The position numbers and the translations under genes are program-made. Of a DNA stretch of 52,868 nucleotides, positions 1 to 9,531 are shown in pieces. Within the stretch, counting starts at the first letter, position 1. Every line of letters starts with the position of its first letter. Origin of the DNA: a virus (lineage: Duplodnaviria; Caudoviricetes); IMG/VR virus record IMGVR_UViG_3300009159_006334, positions 1 to 52,868 of that record. One strand, written 5' to 3'. The notes under the pieces are model-generated. The model was not told the DNA's origin, did no database searches, and was given only the letters and a program-made list of their open reading frames with translations.

Positions 1-455
1 ATTTGTAATTCAATTGTGATAGCATCTTGGTTAGACCAATCGTAAGAACCGAAGTTTGATGTCTTAATGAAAGCTCCTTTAATAATCCACTCTGATACTA
101 CATCGCCTACTGGGCCTAAGATTGATAAGTTCAAATCTTTCTTGTAGAAGTCAGAATAACCATCACGGCCAGTTACTGATTCATGTGATAGACGAATCCA
201 CTCCATTACGGCTTGTTGACCTGAAGGAGAGATTGGGTTGTATAAGTTTAAAGTCATATCTTCCCACTCAGCCTTACCCTTAATCTTGCGGTAAACGTTG
301 ATATGGTCGATTTTAACTTCGTTCAAGTTGATGTTTGGTGCAGTTGCACTTTTAATCATAAATGAAGGTATACCGTCAATATACATGATGAAACGGTTCT
401 GAACGGTTGGTTCAAAGGCCGTAAACATTATTTCATTTGGATCTAATACTGGCAT
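1..455 (-). CDS. Tail tube protein, T4 gp19-like (3' end runs off the window)
   Basis: Not in ORF track. Manual translation from ATG at 455: MPVLDPNEIMFTAFEPTVQNRFIMYIDGIPSFMIKSATAP...KGKAEWEDMTLNLYNPISPSGQQAVMEWIRL...GPVGDVVSEWIIKGAF. Open to the window edge and just downstream of the sheath gene. Confidence 0.88.
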   Translation of the reverse strand, partial: MPVLDPNEIMFTAFEPTVQNRFIMYIDGIPSFMIKSATAPNINLNEVKIDHINVYRKIKGKAEWEDMTLNLYNPISPSGQQAVMEWIRLSHESVTGRDGYSDFYKKDLNLSILGPVGDVVSEWIIKGAFIKTSNFGSYDWSNQDAITIELQ

Positions 456-471
456 TTTATTCTCTGTTTAA

Positions 472-479
472 TATAAATA
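472..479 (-). promoter_or_regulatory. Putative phage promoter motif TATTTATA (coding strand)
   Basis: 16 nt upstream of tail tube ATG; same motif recurs upstream of about 10 genes. Confidence 0.6.
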
Positions 480-498
480 TCTATTAATGCAAAACTTA

Positions 499-1371
499 TT
501 AACGGCAATTAGACATACTAACTACTACATATTCATGTTCGTCGTTGTATCTACGACATTCACCGTTTACTACTCTATAATCGTCATTCTCATACTCTTT
601 TAAAGCATTTTTTTCATTCTGCGGTCCAAAAGTTTTACTTGTATCAACACCATGTCCTTGACCTGGTGTGTTACCTCCCATTTGTTTGTCTATAGTACCG
701 CTAAGTTTTTGAGCTGCTTTAAAGCTTTTTGGGTACTTTTTCTTCCACCACTGATGCATTTTATCAATAGCAAGAGGTGCTAATCCCATAGCTGCCATAC
801 CTGCTGCTACTGCTTCCCAAGAAACGGCATCTGTCATTTCGTTCATTTGACCTTCTTCTGCTACGTTCATTTCCATTTCTTTTTTCAAATGATTGCAATA
901 TGAATGGTGAACTTTCGCTCTTTCTTGTGTTTCAGGATTAATTCTAATACAATTACCGTCTTGTAGACGATACGTGTAGTCATAGTGGTTGCTAAAATCA
1001 TTTGCTTCCTTCATCTTCTTCATCTTATCGGTATCCATTTCAGCGTCTACCTCATTATACAAGCCCTTAGCCATTTTCTCTTTAGAAGACATCTTCTCTT
1101 TTAAACCTGGAATAGCTGGTTTACCGTCATTACCCATATTCATATCTTGAACACTTGTTGTAGATGTTGAAGTTGGTACGTTACCCTCCATTCTTTTCAT
1201 CTTATCGGTATCTGCTACTGCATTTACTTCTTTTACCTGCTTAGGTGCTTTAGGTTTTTTAACTGCTACAGTGTAACCGTCGTTAGCTTTAGCTTCTTTG
1301 ATAATCTCTCTTGTTAGAGATTCAAACAATTTTTTAGATAAATGTAATCTAACTTTTGTACTATTCTTCAT
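499..1371 (-). CDS. Hypothetical charged low-complexity protein, possibly a protease-processed virion/internal protein
   Basis: 290 aa ORF between sheath and tube; K/E/M-rich; internal repeats DTDKMK and YRxxxGxCxRxN...SxC. Confidence 0.6.
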   Translation of the reverse strand: MKNSTKVRLHLSKKLFESLTREIIKEAKANDGYTVAVKKPKAPKQVKEVNAVADTDKMKRMEGNVPTSTSTTSVQDMNMGNDGKPAIPGLKEKMSSKEKMAKGLYNEVDAEMDTDKMKKMKEANDFSNHYDYTYRLQDGNCIRINPETQERAKVHHSYCNHLKKEMEMNVAEEGQMNEMTDAVSWEAVAAGMAAMGLAPLAIDKMHQWWKKKYPKSFKAAQKLSGTIDKQMGGNTPGQGHGVDTSKTFGPQNEKNALKEYENDDYRVVNGECRRYNDEHEYVVVSMSNCR

Positions 1372-1392
1372 CGAGTTGTTTTTTATATTTTA

Positions 1393-3510
1393 TTAACCGA
1401 ATGTTACTCCAGTTGGTAAGATGTTAAAGTCTAATTGGATGTATTCAGCTGTTCTAGTTGGTTGTAAGTAGATAGCACCTACAAGTAAGTTTCTATCGAT
1501 TACATCTGGTGTGTTATTAGTCTCATCCATTACCACTCTGAATGCATATAAACCTTGTCTTTGTTGTACATATTCTAAGTAAGGGTTAACTTGAGCTAAG
1601 AATTTATTTCTAGTTACTGCTGTATTTTGTTCAAACACTAATGTTTGTGCAATTTGACCAATATATCCTTTCAACGCAATTAACAATCTTCTAACATTTA
1701 CTCTATCTAAAGCAGAAGCTCTAGCTTGTAATGTTTTTTGGCCATATACTACTGTACCTTGACCTGGGAATACTGCAATTGGGTTAACTTTAGAGCTATA
1801 TAAAGTATTTCTTTGATTTACAGTTAATCTGATTTCAGGTTGGATTACTGTTGGTAAACCTCCTCTGTTTAAACCAGCTGGTGCAAACCACTCAGCAGAT
1901 ACCTTATCATTGTACTCATATACTCCTGGAATTACAGTTGAAGCTGGTACGAAATGCAATCTACCAGTCTCAGTAGATCTTACTTGCACCCATGGGTAAT
2001 AAGTAGCACCATATGAATTATCGTAAGATTGAGCTGCTTGATTTACTGTATTGATAGTTTGATTATATCCAACTAAGTCTACTACTGCAATAGCATCACC
2101 ACGAGTTTGTACTGTTGATAATAAAGCACTAACTTGGCTAGTTGCATTTTGATTAGAGATACCAGGTGCATAAATTGAATTGTAAACATATGCATCTTGA
2201 TTAGCTAATAAGTTAATAGCTGTATCGTAATCGCTAGCAAATACGCCTTGTATATTTGTAGTTGGTGTAGTTGCTACAGACTCAACTGTTGGAATTTGCT
2301 CGAATAAATTTAATGGGGCATAATTTGCTCCAGTAAAGCAACCGTATAAAGGACCTGTTGCATCTGCAAAAGAACCGTTATAAGAACCACTTCCGTTTAA
2401 CGGTAAAGAAGCTGTATATTGAGAAAAAGGTCTACCTTGTGGGTTTAGGTAATTTGGTGTTGGTGTAAAAACATTAGAGATTCTAATGTAATTAGATCTA
2501 TTAGGATAGCTACCTGTAGTTTGGAAGTAAGCTTGACCGCTTTCATCGTACTTTACAGTTTGAGCTTGATCTCCAATTACGTATGCAATATAGTTATTTT
2601 GATTTGGATCTAAAGATAAGTTAGTCCAAGTTTCTAATACTGATTGGCCTTGTGTATAGTCGTTACCTTGTCTAACAAGTAAAGTAAAGTAGCCAGATCC
2701 GCTATCTACTTGTGCAATTTGCCATCTAACGTTAGAAGAAGATCCTGAAGGTAAAACACCGTTTGAAGTTTGACCGATTGCAGCACCTTGGTTATTATTC
2801 ATTACATCACCTACTGATAATGTTTGAATTTCGAAAGCATATGTAGCATCGATACCGCCTGCGAAAGCTTGAGTAACTGAACCACTTGTAAAGCTAAAGC
2901 CGTTTCCTGCTGTACCTGGAATAGTTGCTATAAGAGAGGCAGAAGTACTTGTAGCAACAGCACGTAAATCAAAGCTACTTGAGTATCTATTGATTGCTGT
3001 TACAAGATTAGTTATAGTAGCTGTTTGTGTAGATCCTGTTGCGAAGTAGTAAATACCGCTACCGTTGGTTCTAGCTTGAACTAAAGCAACACTTGAAGTA
3101 GCTAGGAAGTTACCTAAGATACTACCGGATATTGCAGCGAAAGCTCCGTCTGTAAAAGAAGCAGAGATTATTGCAGAGGCGTTAGCACCTATGTAATTAG
3201 GTACAAAAGCGTCAGCTTCGCTGTAAGAACCGCTTGTTACTCTTGTCACTAACAAAGAAGTACCTCCTTGTTGGAAGTAGTTATATGCTGCTTGAGAGGT
3301 TAAATATTCTTGTGTATTACCTCCAGAAATGAAAGTAGTACCGAATTTAGCTGAATACTCAGAATATGAAGTTACTAGAGTTGGAGTGTCTTTTCTACCA
3401 ACTACTGTAGGGCCGATTAAAGCCGCTCCTACTGTGATAGGACCTGCTGTTATTTGAGATTGATCGTTTTCTCTTAGGAAAACGCCTGGACTAATTAATG
3501 CTTCTGCCAT
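1393..3510 (-). CDS. Contractile tail sheath protein, T4 gp18-like
   Basis: N-terminal SPGVFLREND, C-terminal WFAPAGLNRG, NPI, GQKTL, RVNVRRL, VFEQN, QPTRTAEYI motifs. Confidence 0.95.
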   Translation of the reverse strand: MAEALISPGVFLRENDQSQITAGPITVGAALIGPTVVGRKDTPTLVTSYSEYSAKFGTTFISGGNTQEYLTSQAAYNYFQQGGTSLLVTRVTSGSYSEADAFVPNYIGANASAIISASFTDGAFAAISGSILGNFLATSSVALVQARTNGSGIYYFATGSTQTATITNLVTAINRYSSSFDLRAVATSTSASLIATIPGTAGNGFSFTSGSVTQAFAGGIDATYAFEIQTLSVGDVMNNNQGAAIGQTSNGVLPSGSSSNVRWQIAQVDSGSGYFTLLVRQGNDYTQGQSVLETWTNLSLDPNQNNYIAYVIGDQAQTVKYDESGQAYFQTTGSYPNRSNYIRISNVFTPTPNYLNPQGRPFSQYTASLPLNGSGSYNGSFADATGPLYGCFTGANYAPLNLFEQIPTVESVATTPTTNIQGVFASDYDTAINLLANQDAYVYNSIYAPGISNQNATSQVSALLSTVQTRGDAIAVVDLVGYNQTINTVNQAAQSYDNSYGATYYPWVQVRSTETGRLHFVPASTVIPGVYEYNDKVSAEWFAPAGLNRGGLPTVIQPEIRLTVNQRNTLYSSKVNPIAVFPGQGTVVYGQKTLQARASALDRVNVRRLLIALKGYIGQIAQTLVFEQNTAVTRNKFLAQVNPYLEYVQQRQGLYAFRVVMDETNNTPDVIDRNLLVGAIYLQPTRTAEYIQLDFNILPTGVTFG

Positions 3511-3530
3511 TTTATGTGTTTATTTCTGAT

Positions 3531-3538
3531 AATAAATA
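3531..3538 (-). promoter_or_regulatory. Putative phage promoter motif TATTTATT
   Basis: 20 nt upstream of sheath ATG. Confidence 0.55.
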
Positions 3539-3563
3539 GCTGGTAACGATGGCAAAACCTAAT

Positions 3564-3818
3564 TTATTGTATTGGGGTAATAACGCCGGTTTCTACATCG
3601 ATAGAACCGTTACCATACTTAGTGCCAAACCCTGTTAATAAGGTTTTTTCCTTAAGGGCGTTTTGCTTGATGACATTACTTAGATTCTCAATTTCGAAAT
3701 CTAAAAGGGTCTTTCTGTAGGTTAAATCACCTAAAACGCTAATGCTTTCAAAGATTTCTTCTCTAAGACCTTGGAACTCTTTAAGTTCCTCTTGTGTTAA
3801 CGTAACTTTTTCAGACAT
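3564..3818 (-). CDS. Hypothetical coiled-coil phage protein
   Basis: 84 aa; helical N-part, C-terminal KYGNGSIDVETG. Confidence 0.65.
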   Translation of the reverse strand: MSEKVTLTQEELKEFQGLREEIFESISVLGDLTYRKTLLDFEIENLSNVIKQNALKEKTLLTGFGTKYGNGSIDVETGVITPIQ

Positions 3819-3823
3819 TTTAA

Positions 3824-4021
3824 TTATTTTTTAACTTTTTTAGCTGTAGTCTTAGCAACTTTTGCTTTTTTTTCTGCTACTACTTCTACTTCTTTTACTA
3901 CTTCTTTAACCTCTTCAACTTTACTTTCTACCTTTTCGATAACTTGAGAGATCTTAGTTTTGTTTAATTTGTAGGCAACAAATAATGCTACTGCTACAAT
4001 GATAACGAGTACTAATGTCAT
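3824..4021 (-). CDS. Small membrane-anchored protein
   Basis: 65 aa; hydrophobic N-terminal helix followed by K/E/V-rich tail. Confidence 0.6.
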   Translation of the reverse strand: MTLVLVIIVAVALFVAYKLNKTKISQVIEKVESKVEEVKEVVKEVEVVAEKKAKVAKTTAKKVKK

Positions 4022-4046
4022 AATGTGTGATTTTATTGTTATTTTA

Positions 4047-4054
4047 TATAAATA
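4047..4054 (-). promoter_or_regulatory. Putative phage promoter motif TATTTATA
   Basis: Intergenic, 25 nt upstream of ATG at 4021. Confidence 0.5.
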
Positions 4055-4074
4055 TATAGACTTTTATAAGAACC

Positions 4075-4614
4075 TTAGATTTTAACGCATTCAATATTTA
4101 AGCTTATTAAAGTACCGTTCTCTTTATCCATATGTGGAATATAGGCTTGTGAATAGTCGTCAAAATTACCGTGATCTACTTGCTTCCAATCCCAGAGCTT
4201 TATATTAGTAAAGCCATTAAGTTTTAATAGAAAGTCTAAAGAACTATAATCATACACTGTCTTGTGGTATATAGTTTTATTTCCCATCTTCATCTTACCG
4301 TATAGGGGACCTAGAAATTTACTGATACTATGATCGCTTATATATAGTTTAACTATTTTTTTGAAGTCGGGAACTGATAATCTTAATATGCCGCCAGGTT
4401 TTAAAACCCTACGCCATTCATTTAATACTGTAACAGATTCTTCTCTATCAAAATACTCAAATACATGCGAGGCGTAAATTAAACTTACTGTATTGTCTTT
4501 AAACGGTATGTTTGTAATATCGTGAGAATGTAAATGAGAGAAATCTCCTCCGTCTATATGTGTCCATTCCGGACCGAAATCTTTTTTTCCACAACCTAAG
4601 TGTAATTTTATCAT
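4075..4614 (-). CDS. Class I SAM-dependent methyltransferase (Methyltransf_11-like)
   Basis: KLHLGCG motif I, IYASHVFEY, RVLKPGG. Confidence 0.85.
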   Translation of the reverse strand: MIKLHLGCGKKDFGPEWTHIDGGDFSHLHSHDITNIPFKDNTVSLIYASHVFEYFDREESVTVLNEWRRVLKPGGILRLSVPDFKKIVKLYISDHSISKFLGPLYGKMKMGNKTIYHKTVYDYSSLDFLLKLNGFTNIKLWDWKQVDHGNFDDYSQAYIPHMDKENGTLISLNIECVKI

Positions 4615-4625
4615 AAAAACTTTAT

Positions 4626-4850
4626 TTAAGGCTTAACTTGTTTATTTTTTAGTCCGTATTTAATCCACCTATACCAGACTCTTTCGTGAATATAATATTG
4701 GATAGGTTTATAGATGAGTTCAGCTACACCAAATGCAGCACCTACCTTAATTGAACCGCTAATTAGCCACATTAATAAGAATCCAATTAAAGTACTGATA
4801 ATTCTATAGCTAATTGTCTTGGCTATATGTCGTTTACGTTCAACTACCAT
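4626..4850 (-). CDS. DUF2061-like small membrane protein
   Basis: RHIAKTISYRI...YYIHERVW pattern with two hydrophobic segments. Confidence 0.75.
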   Translation of the reverse strand: MVVERKRHIAKTISYRIISTLIGFLLMWLISGSIKVGAAFGVAELIYKPIQYYIHERVWYRWIKYGLKNKQVKP

Positions 4851-5233
4851 AACTTTCTTTCTTTTTTCATTTGTTCACGAATTGCGGTAGCTGAAATATC
4901 GTGTATTTCCTGAGGTGGTACATGTTCGATAACATCATACCCAATTCCTCTACCAATATTTACAGATTCGATATCAGGAATAGTAATAATTTTAATTTTA
5001 CCTTCTTGAATTAAATTTATTAATTCGTTAGTAAGGTTCATCATAACTTCATGTGCAGTCCAAGGGTTTTTTTCGTCAGGTTCTATGTCTCTAATACACA
5101 GTAGTACCTTTTTGCCTTCGTTTAGAGCTTGATCTACTAACCAACGATGTCCATCATGCCAGGGTTGCCAACGTCCAATAAACATTGCATGACCTTTACC
5201 GCTACCATTTCCCTTTGCTAATATATTTTTCAT
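4844..5233 (-). CDS. HIGH-family (cytidylyl/adenylyl)transferase-like protein
   Basis: FIGRWQPWHDGH (HxGH) and ISATAIR motifs. Confidence 0.8.
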   Translation of the reverse strand: MKNILAKGNGSGKGHAMFIGRWQPWHDGHRWLVDQALNEGKKVLLCIRDIEPDEKNPWTAHEVMMNLTNELINLIQEGKIKIITIPDIESVNIGRGIGYDVIEHVPPQEIHDISATAIREQMKKERKLW

Positions 5234-5667
5234 AAACTTAGTTTTTGTCTTAATTGTTGAAATGTTTCAAATTCTGATTGATCTGTAGTATCAATACTTA
5301 CAAAATTTTCAGTAGGCATTCCGTAATCCTGTACGTGAAACTGCTCTCTACCTCTAATACTTGAAGTATGTACATACACCTCTCTAATATTGTCTCCCAT
5401 AGCTTCTTTAAAGGAATCTCGTTGATCTTTATAAGGTGATACCAATGATACGATAGCTACTTCTCCTTTATAATGAATGAATTTAGCTATGTTTTGTGCA
5501 AATTCTATATTCTTTCTTCTCCCTGCTTCTGAATAGTCTTTATTATCAAAAATCTCTCTAATATCATCGCCGTCTATAATAGTAGCTTTTCCTGCAAAGT
5601 GTGCTTCAAGCCACTTAGCTAATGTTGTTTTGCCTGCACCAGGCTGTCCTGTTATCCAAAATATCAT
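5230..5667 (-). CDS. cysC: Adenylyl-sulfate (APS) kinase
   Basis: WITGQPGAGKTT P-loop, DGDDIR, YSxxGRxxN, VSLVSPY. Confidence 0.88.
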   Translation of the reverse strand: MIFWITGQPGAGKTTLAKWLEAHFAGKATIIDGDDIREIFDNKDYSEAGRRKNIEFAQNIAKFIHYKGEVAIVSLVSPYKDQRDSFKEAMGDNIREVYVHTSSIRGREQFHVQDYGMPTENFVSIDTTDQSEFETFQQLRQKLSL

Positions 5668-6401
5668 ATTACCGATTTTATAAATCTTGTATTATCCAGA
5701 TGTTCATAACCGTAAAATAGCATTTCCTCTTCAAATAAATAGTAAACCTCGAGATACTGGCGTTGGTTGATCTTACTTAGAAAATCAACTTTCCTATGGT
5801 GTAATTTTGTTTTCTCATAATAAGTCTTATAGTAAGAATATAGTAAAATAAAATCAATATTAATTGCTTTATTTTTACTTTTTAGAAAATTAAAATTTAC
5901 TTCTTGGTTAAAAAGAGTACTATTTTCCGAATAAAAAGCAGTGTTATTTGCTTTTGATTTAGTTTCTCTAAAGTATTCTATATCTCTATCAAGGTCTTCT
6001 AGTTTAACTATTTTATACTCTCCAAGCTCACTATCGAAGTAATCCCTCATACTTGTCCATTTCATATCTCTTCCAACAGTGAGACAATTGTATTGAGATT
6101 TAAGATGTGAGTCGCGATCTCGTTGGCTAGTTGTAGTAGAATATTCTATATAAGCATCAATTCCCATCGTTTTATCAAAATCAAAGAAGTAGTATGACGA
6201 AAAGAATCTACTTATTGGATTTCTAACAAATAAAAACTTTTGTTTCTGTCTAAATTCCTCGCTAGTTAATGGTATGTTACAACTGCTATTAAAGCCTATT
6301 GAATACTTAGCAAATACATTATTAAACACTGAGTTTAATAAACTGTGTCCAGATTTTAAAAAAAATATATAGTATGATTCTTCTGTTTCGTATACAAGCA
6401 T
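5664..6401 (-). CDS. Sulfotransferase (Sulfotransfer_2-like)
   Basis: LKSGHS (5'-PSB-like) and FVRNPISRFFSSY (3'-PB) motifs; adjacent to cysC. Confidence 0.7.
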   Translation of the reverse strand: MLVYETEESYYIFFLKSGHSLLNSVFNNVFAKYSIGFNSSCNIPLTSEEFRQKQKFLFVRNPISRFFSSYYFFDFDKTMGIDAYIEYSTTTSQRDRDSHLKSQYNCLTVGRDMKWTSMRDYFDSELGEYKIVKLEDLDRDIEYFRETKSKANNTAFYSENSTLFNQEVNFNFLKSKNKAINIDFILLYSYYKTYYEKTKLHHRKVDFLSKINQRQYLEVYYLFEEEMLFYGYEHLDNTRFIKSVI

Positions 6402-6411
6402 TAGTTCTTTT

Positions 6412-6981
6412 TTATAATAATTTCTTTTTTATTTTAATTCCAATATTAGTTGCAATCATAAATCTCACATCTTGTGATTTATTCTCCTGTGTTCTGTGAA
6501 GATACCAGCCTGGCATAATAACTATCTCGTTTTCTTTTATTGGTATTCTTTTCCAACTCCAACTTTCGTCTTGAAATGGTATAAATTTGTAAGAGTCGTA
6601 GCTTGGATTTTTAACTTCTAATATTTCAGAATTTTTGGGTATTTTAAGATATGCACAAATAACAGCAACAACGTCTCCGTGATTATGCTCTAATTTACTT
6701 TCACCATAAGATGACGACCTTAACCAAGAATCTTCAATATAATATTCATGATTGTCTGGTAGTCCCCATTTTTCAGTTATAATTTTTTTGTAGAGAGGTT
6801 CAAGATAATCATAATAGCCTTTAAACATTTCAACTTTGTGTGGTTTAAAATTTGCACCATATCTACCATAAACATCGTCATATTCTAAATGGTATTGATA
6901 ACAAAATTCTTTTATTAAATCCCATTTAAAATCATACTCGAGCTTATAGATTTCGTTATCAAATAATCTTACTTGTTCCAT
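6412..6981 (-). CDS. Putative 2OG-Fe(II) oxygenase (TIGR02466-like)
   Basis: EHNH...YLKIP...MPGWYLHRT...R pattern. Confidence 0.7.
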   Translation of the reverse strand: MEQVRLFDNEIYKLEYDFKWDLIKEFCYQYHLEYDDVYGRYGANFKPHKVEMFKGYYDYLEPLYKKIITEKWGLPDNHEYYIEDSWLRSSSYGESKLEHNHGDVVAVICAYLKIPKNSEILEVKNPSYDSYKFIPFQDESWSWKRIPIKENEIVIMPGWYLHRTQENKSQDVRFMIATNIGIKIKKKLL

Positions 6982-7019
6982 TTTTCAATTTGGTTAATGT
7001 TATTACTTTTTTTCATATA

Positions 7020-8063
7020 TTATATACTATTTTTAATAAGAATACCTATATTTTGAAATGCATCTGACATTTTATAATATTCATATTCAAATTCGTTAGG
7101 GCTTTGATTATATAGATTAATTAATTCATTCGGTATATACGCATCTTTATTTAATATTTGATTAGCTCTTTCTTTATTGTATTTAATTTTATCTTTAATT
7201 AATTTATATAATTCATTATAATTTTTATCTTTTAATTTCTTTATGTTATCAATAATGCCATTTGCGCGATTATCAGTATCTGGATTAGAATCAAAATCAT
7301 AATCGAATATCTCATCATATAATTTAAATCCAATATGTTCTAATATTTTATTTTGGTTTGGTGAACCAAGACATATAAAACATTGTTCTAAAAGTATTGG
7401 TTTATATGTTTTTTCAGTTACTAACATATAATCATCATCTCTCGTTTCTGTAACAAGATTAAATAGAACATTTATTTTAAGAATATCTTTAACTTTTGCG
7501 GGATTATTAATATCAGAATAATCATCAATTTTCATATAACTTTGATTCCAATATTTAAAATCATAATTAAAAGCACAAGTGGGATCAGTTGCATTTAACC
7601 AAGAAATTTTGCCGTAATCCATTAATTCTTCTTTCTTCAATAAGTCAATCATTAAACATCTATGATATGTAATTCTTCTATTATAGGAAACAAATAATTT
7701 TTCAAAAATTTTATTTTCAAATGTTTGTTTAAGATCTACAAGTAAGTTGTGATTTGTAAAATGTAAAAGATATGTTGGCCATTGTATGTGTTTTATTTTT
7801 TCGTGTGTAAGATTTTTAGAATCAAACTCATTAAATCCACCATTTAAAATAAACAAATTAACATCAAATTTTGTCAATAAAACATATATCTCATTAACAT
7901 CATCTTTAATTTCATTAAAATTAAGGTAGATGCCAAACTCCATTGGATTAAAAAATAAAACATTTTTTGGTTGTTTTTTAATAGCTTCAATTATTAATCT
8001 TAAAGAATTGTCTTTATGGAGATTAACCTCATCAACAAATATTATATGTTGTCTTTTATCCAT
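7020..8063 (-). CDS. Putative glycosyltransferase-like protein (GT10-like TEK motif); paralogue of the 21293-23812 repeat unit
   Basis: FVSYNRR...HR, LVTET...VTEKTYKPI, LYDEIFDYDFD. Confidence 0.5.
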   Translation of the reverse strand: MDKRQHIIFVDEVNLHKDNSLRLIIEAIKKQPKNVLFFNPMEFGIYLNFNEIKDDVNEIYVLLTKFDVNLFILNGGFNEFDSKNLTHEKIKHIQWPTYLLHFTNHNLLVDLKQTFENKIFEKLFVSYNRRITYHRCLMIDLLKKEELMDYGKISWLNATDPTCAFNYDFKYWNQSYMKIDDYSDINNPAKVKDILKINVLFNLVTETRDDDYMLVTEKTYKPILLEQCFICLGSPNQNKILEHIGFKLYDEIFDYDFDSNPDTDNRANGIIDNIKKLKDKNYNELYKLIKDKIKYNKERANQILNKDAYIPNELINLYNQSPNEFEYEYYKMSDAFQNIGILIKNSI

Positions 8064-8084
8064 TTTATAATATTTTAACTAGTA

Positions 8085-8852
8085 TTAAAATCTTTTTATA
8101 ATATATTTATATAATTCTTCGCTAATTAGTTTATACCCTTCTTTATTTGGGTGTTGTGAAGCTCTAGATTTATATTTTTCATTTTGATATTCCCATATGT
8201 TATTCTTATTGTTCTCATTTAAAAAATCCTTAAATGTTTGTTTATTAAATCCCCAATAATATGCTTTATCAATTATATGAGTAATATCATCTTTTTTATG
8301 TAAATCAATCAACATAGATTCAAAAGAATCACACATAATATACTTCATACCGTAAAACTCAAAAATTTTTTGAATAAAGATAATATAATTTTGATTAACA
8401 ATATTATAATAATTTTGATTAAAAATTTCAGTTATATATAATTGTTTAAACTTAATGAAAAATTTATCAAAATCGATATGTTCGCTTTGATATGAATTTA
8501 AAAATTTATGTGGCTCATCAATTAAGTGCCTGACTGACCATGTAACCCATTCACCACTTGGTAGAAATGGTACCGTGTCTCTTAAAGAAGAACTCCACAT
8601 TATTACTGAGAGGTCTTCTTTTTTGATAACACCATTTTTTAAATCATTTATTACATTATTAAAAATTTTTAAATTTGATAACCCATTAACTCCGTTATTA
8701 ACATGAGGAATATTCATTTTTTTTGAGAGAAAATTAACCCAACTATTATCATTTTGAAATTTAATTTTGTCTTTTTTCGGCAAATTATCTTCAATTTTCC
8801 TATCACATCCTACTCCGGCGGTCCAACTATCCCCGTATGCGTGTAGCATCAT
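8085..8852 (-). CDS. SGNH/GDSL hydrolase-like protein
   Basis: GDSWTAG block I, NGVNGLSN, C-terminal HPNKEGY. Confidence 0.75.
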   Translation of the reverse strand: MMLHAYGDSWTAGVGCDRKIEDNLPKKDKIKFQNDNSWVNFLSKKMNIPHVNNGVNGLSNLKIFNNVINDLKNGVIKKEDLSVIMWSSSLRDTVPFLPSGEWVTWSVRHLIDEPHKFLNSYQSEHIDFDKFFIKFKQLYITEIFNQNYYNIVNQNYIIFIQKIFEFYGMKYIMCDSFESMLIDLHKKDDITHIIDKAYYWGFNKQTFKDFLNENNKNNIWEYQNEKYKSRASQHPNKEGYKLISEELYKYIIKRF

Positions 8853-8854
8853 AT

Positions 8855-9529
8855 TTATTTTTTTAATCGATTAATATTATTACCTTTTACAAATCGTTGT
8901 GAATAGAAGTTTTTAAAGTCTGAATGTAATACTGTTATATCTCGTGTTGTGTAGACTTGTAGCCAAACTCTTCTCGGCTTATTAGATTTATTTTCTTCTG
9001 AGTAGTGTAGGGTTTCTCCATCCCAGACAATAATATCTCCTGCTTTTGAGTAAGCAGTGTTATACTCTTTTGTTTTTTTATTTAGTAACCTAATAGGACC
9101 ATTTTTATCTGTAAAGTCATCTAATACCCAACAACAAGTTATGCTTCGGTACCAGCCTTCAGAAGCCATTCGCGGATTAGGACCATATCCATTATCGCTA
9201 TGAGGATCGAAAGTAAAATTATCGTTAGGTAACTTAACTACTATTTGATCGTTGAATAAATAAATTTCATCAGTATCTAACAGCTCACTTGCTATGTCAT
9301 ACATTAAATCTGAGGTGTAAAATTCAAACAGCTTATCATACTCGGTACTAGCGACATCTAAGCCTGTCCAATACTTCATAAGACCAAACGGACGAGGCTG
9401 TCCTATTAAATTTTCATTAATAGTTCTATTTCTATAATCTAAAGTAATCTCTCTTGCTGTATCTAAAAATTCAAGAGTTAATTTATTGCTAAAAGTAATA
9501 TATCCATTTTCTTCAAATTCTATATTCAT
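8855..9529 (-). CDS. Phytanoyl-CoA dioxygenase (PhyH)-family 2OG-Fe(II) oxygenase
   Basis: PHSD, WVLDDFTDKNGP, AGDIIVW...LHYSEENKSNKPRR. Confidence 0.82.
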   Translation of the reverse strand: MNIEFEENGYITFSNKLTLEFLDTAREITLDYRNRTINENLIGQPRPFGLMKYWTGLDVASTEYDKLFEFYTSDLMYDIASELLDTDEIYLFNDQIVVKLPNDNFTFDPHSDNGYGPNPRMASEGWYRSITCCWVLDDFTDKNGPIRLLNKKTKEYNTAYSKAGDIIVWDGETLHYSEENKSNKPRRVWLQVYTTRDITVLHSDFKNFYSQRFVKGNNINRLKK

Positions 9530-9531
9530 AA

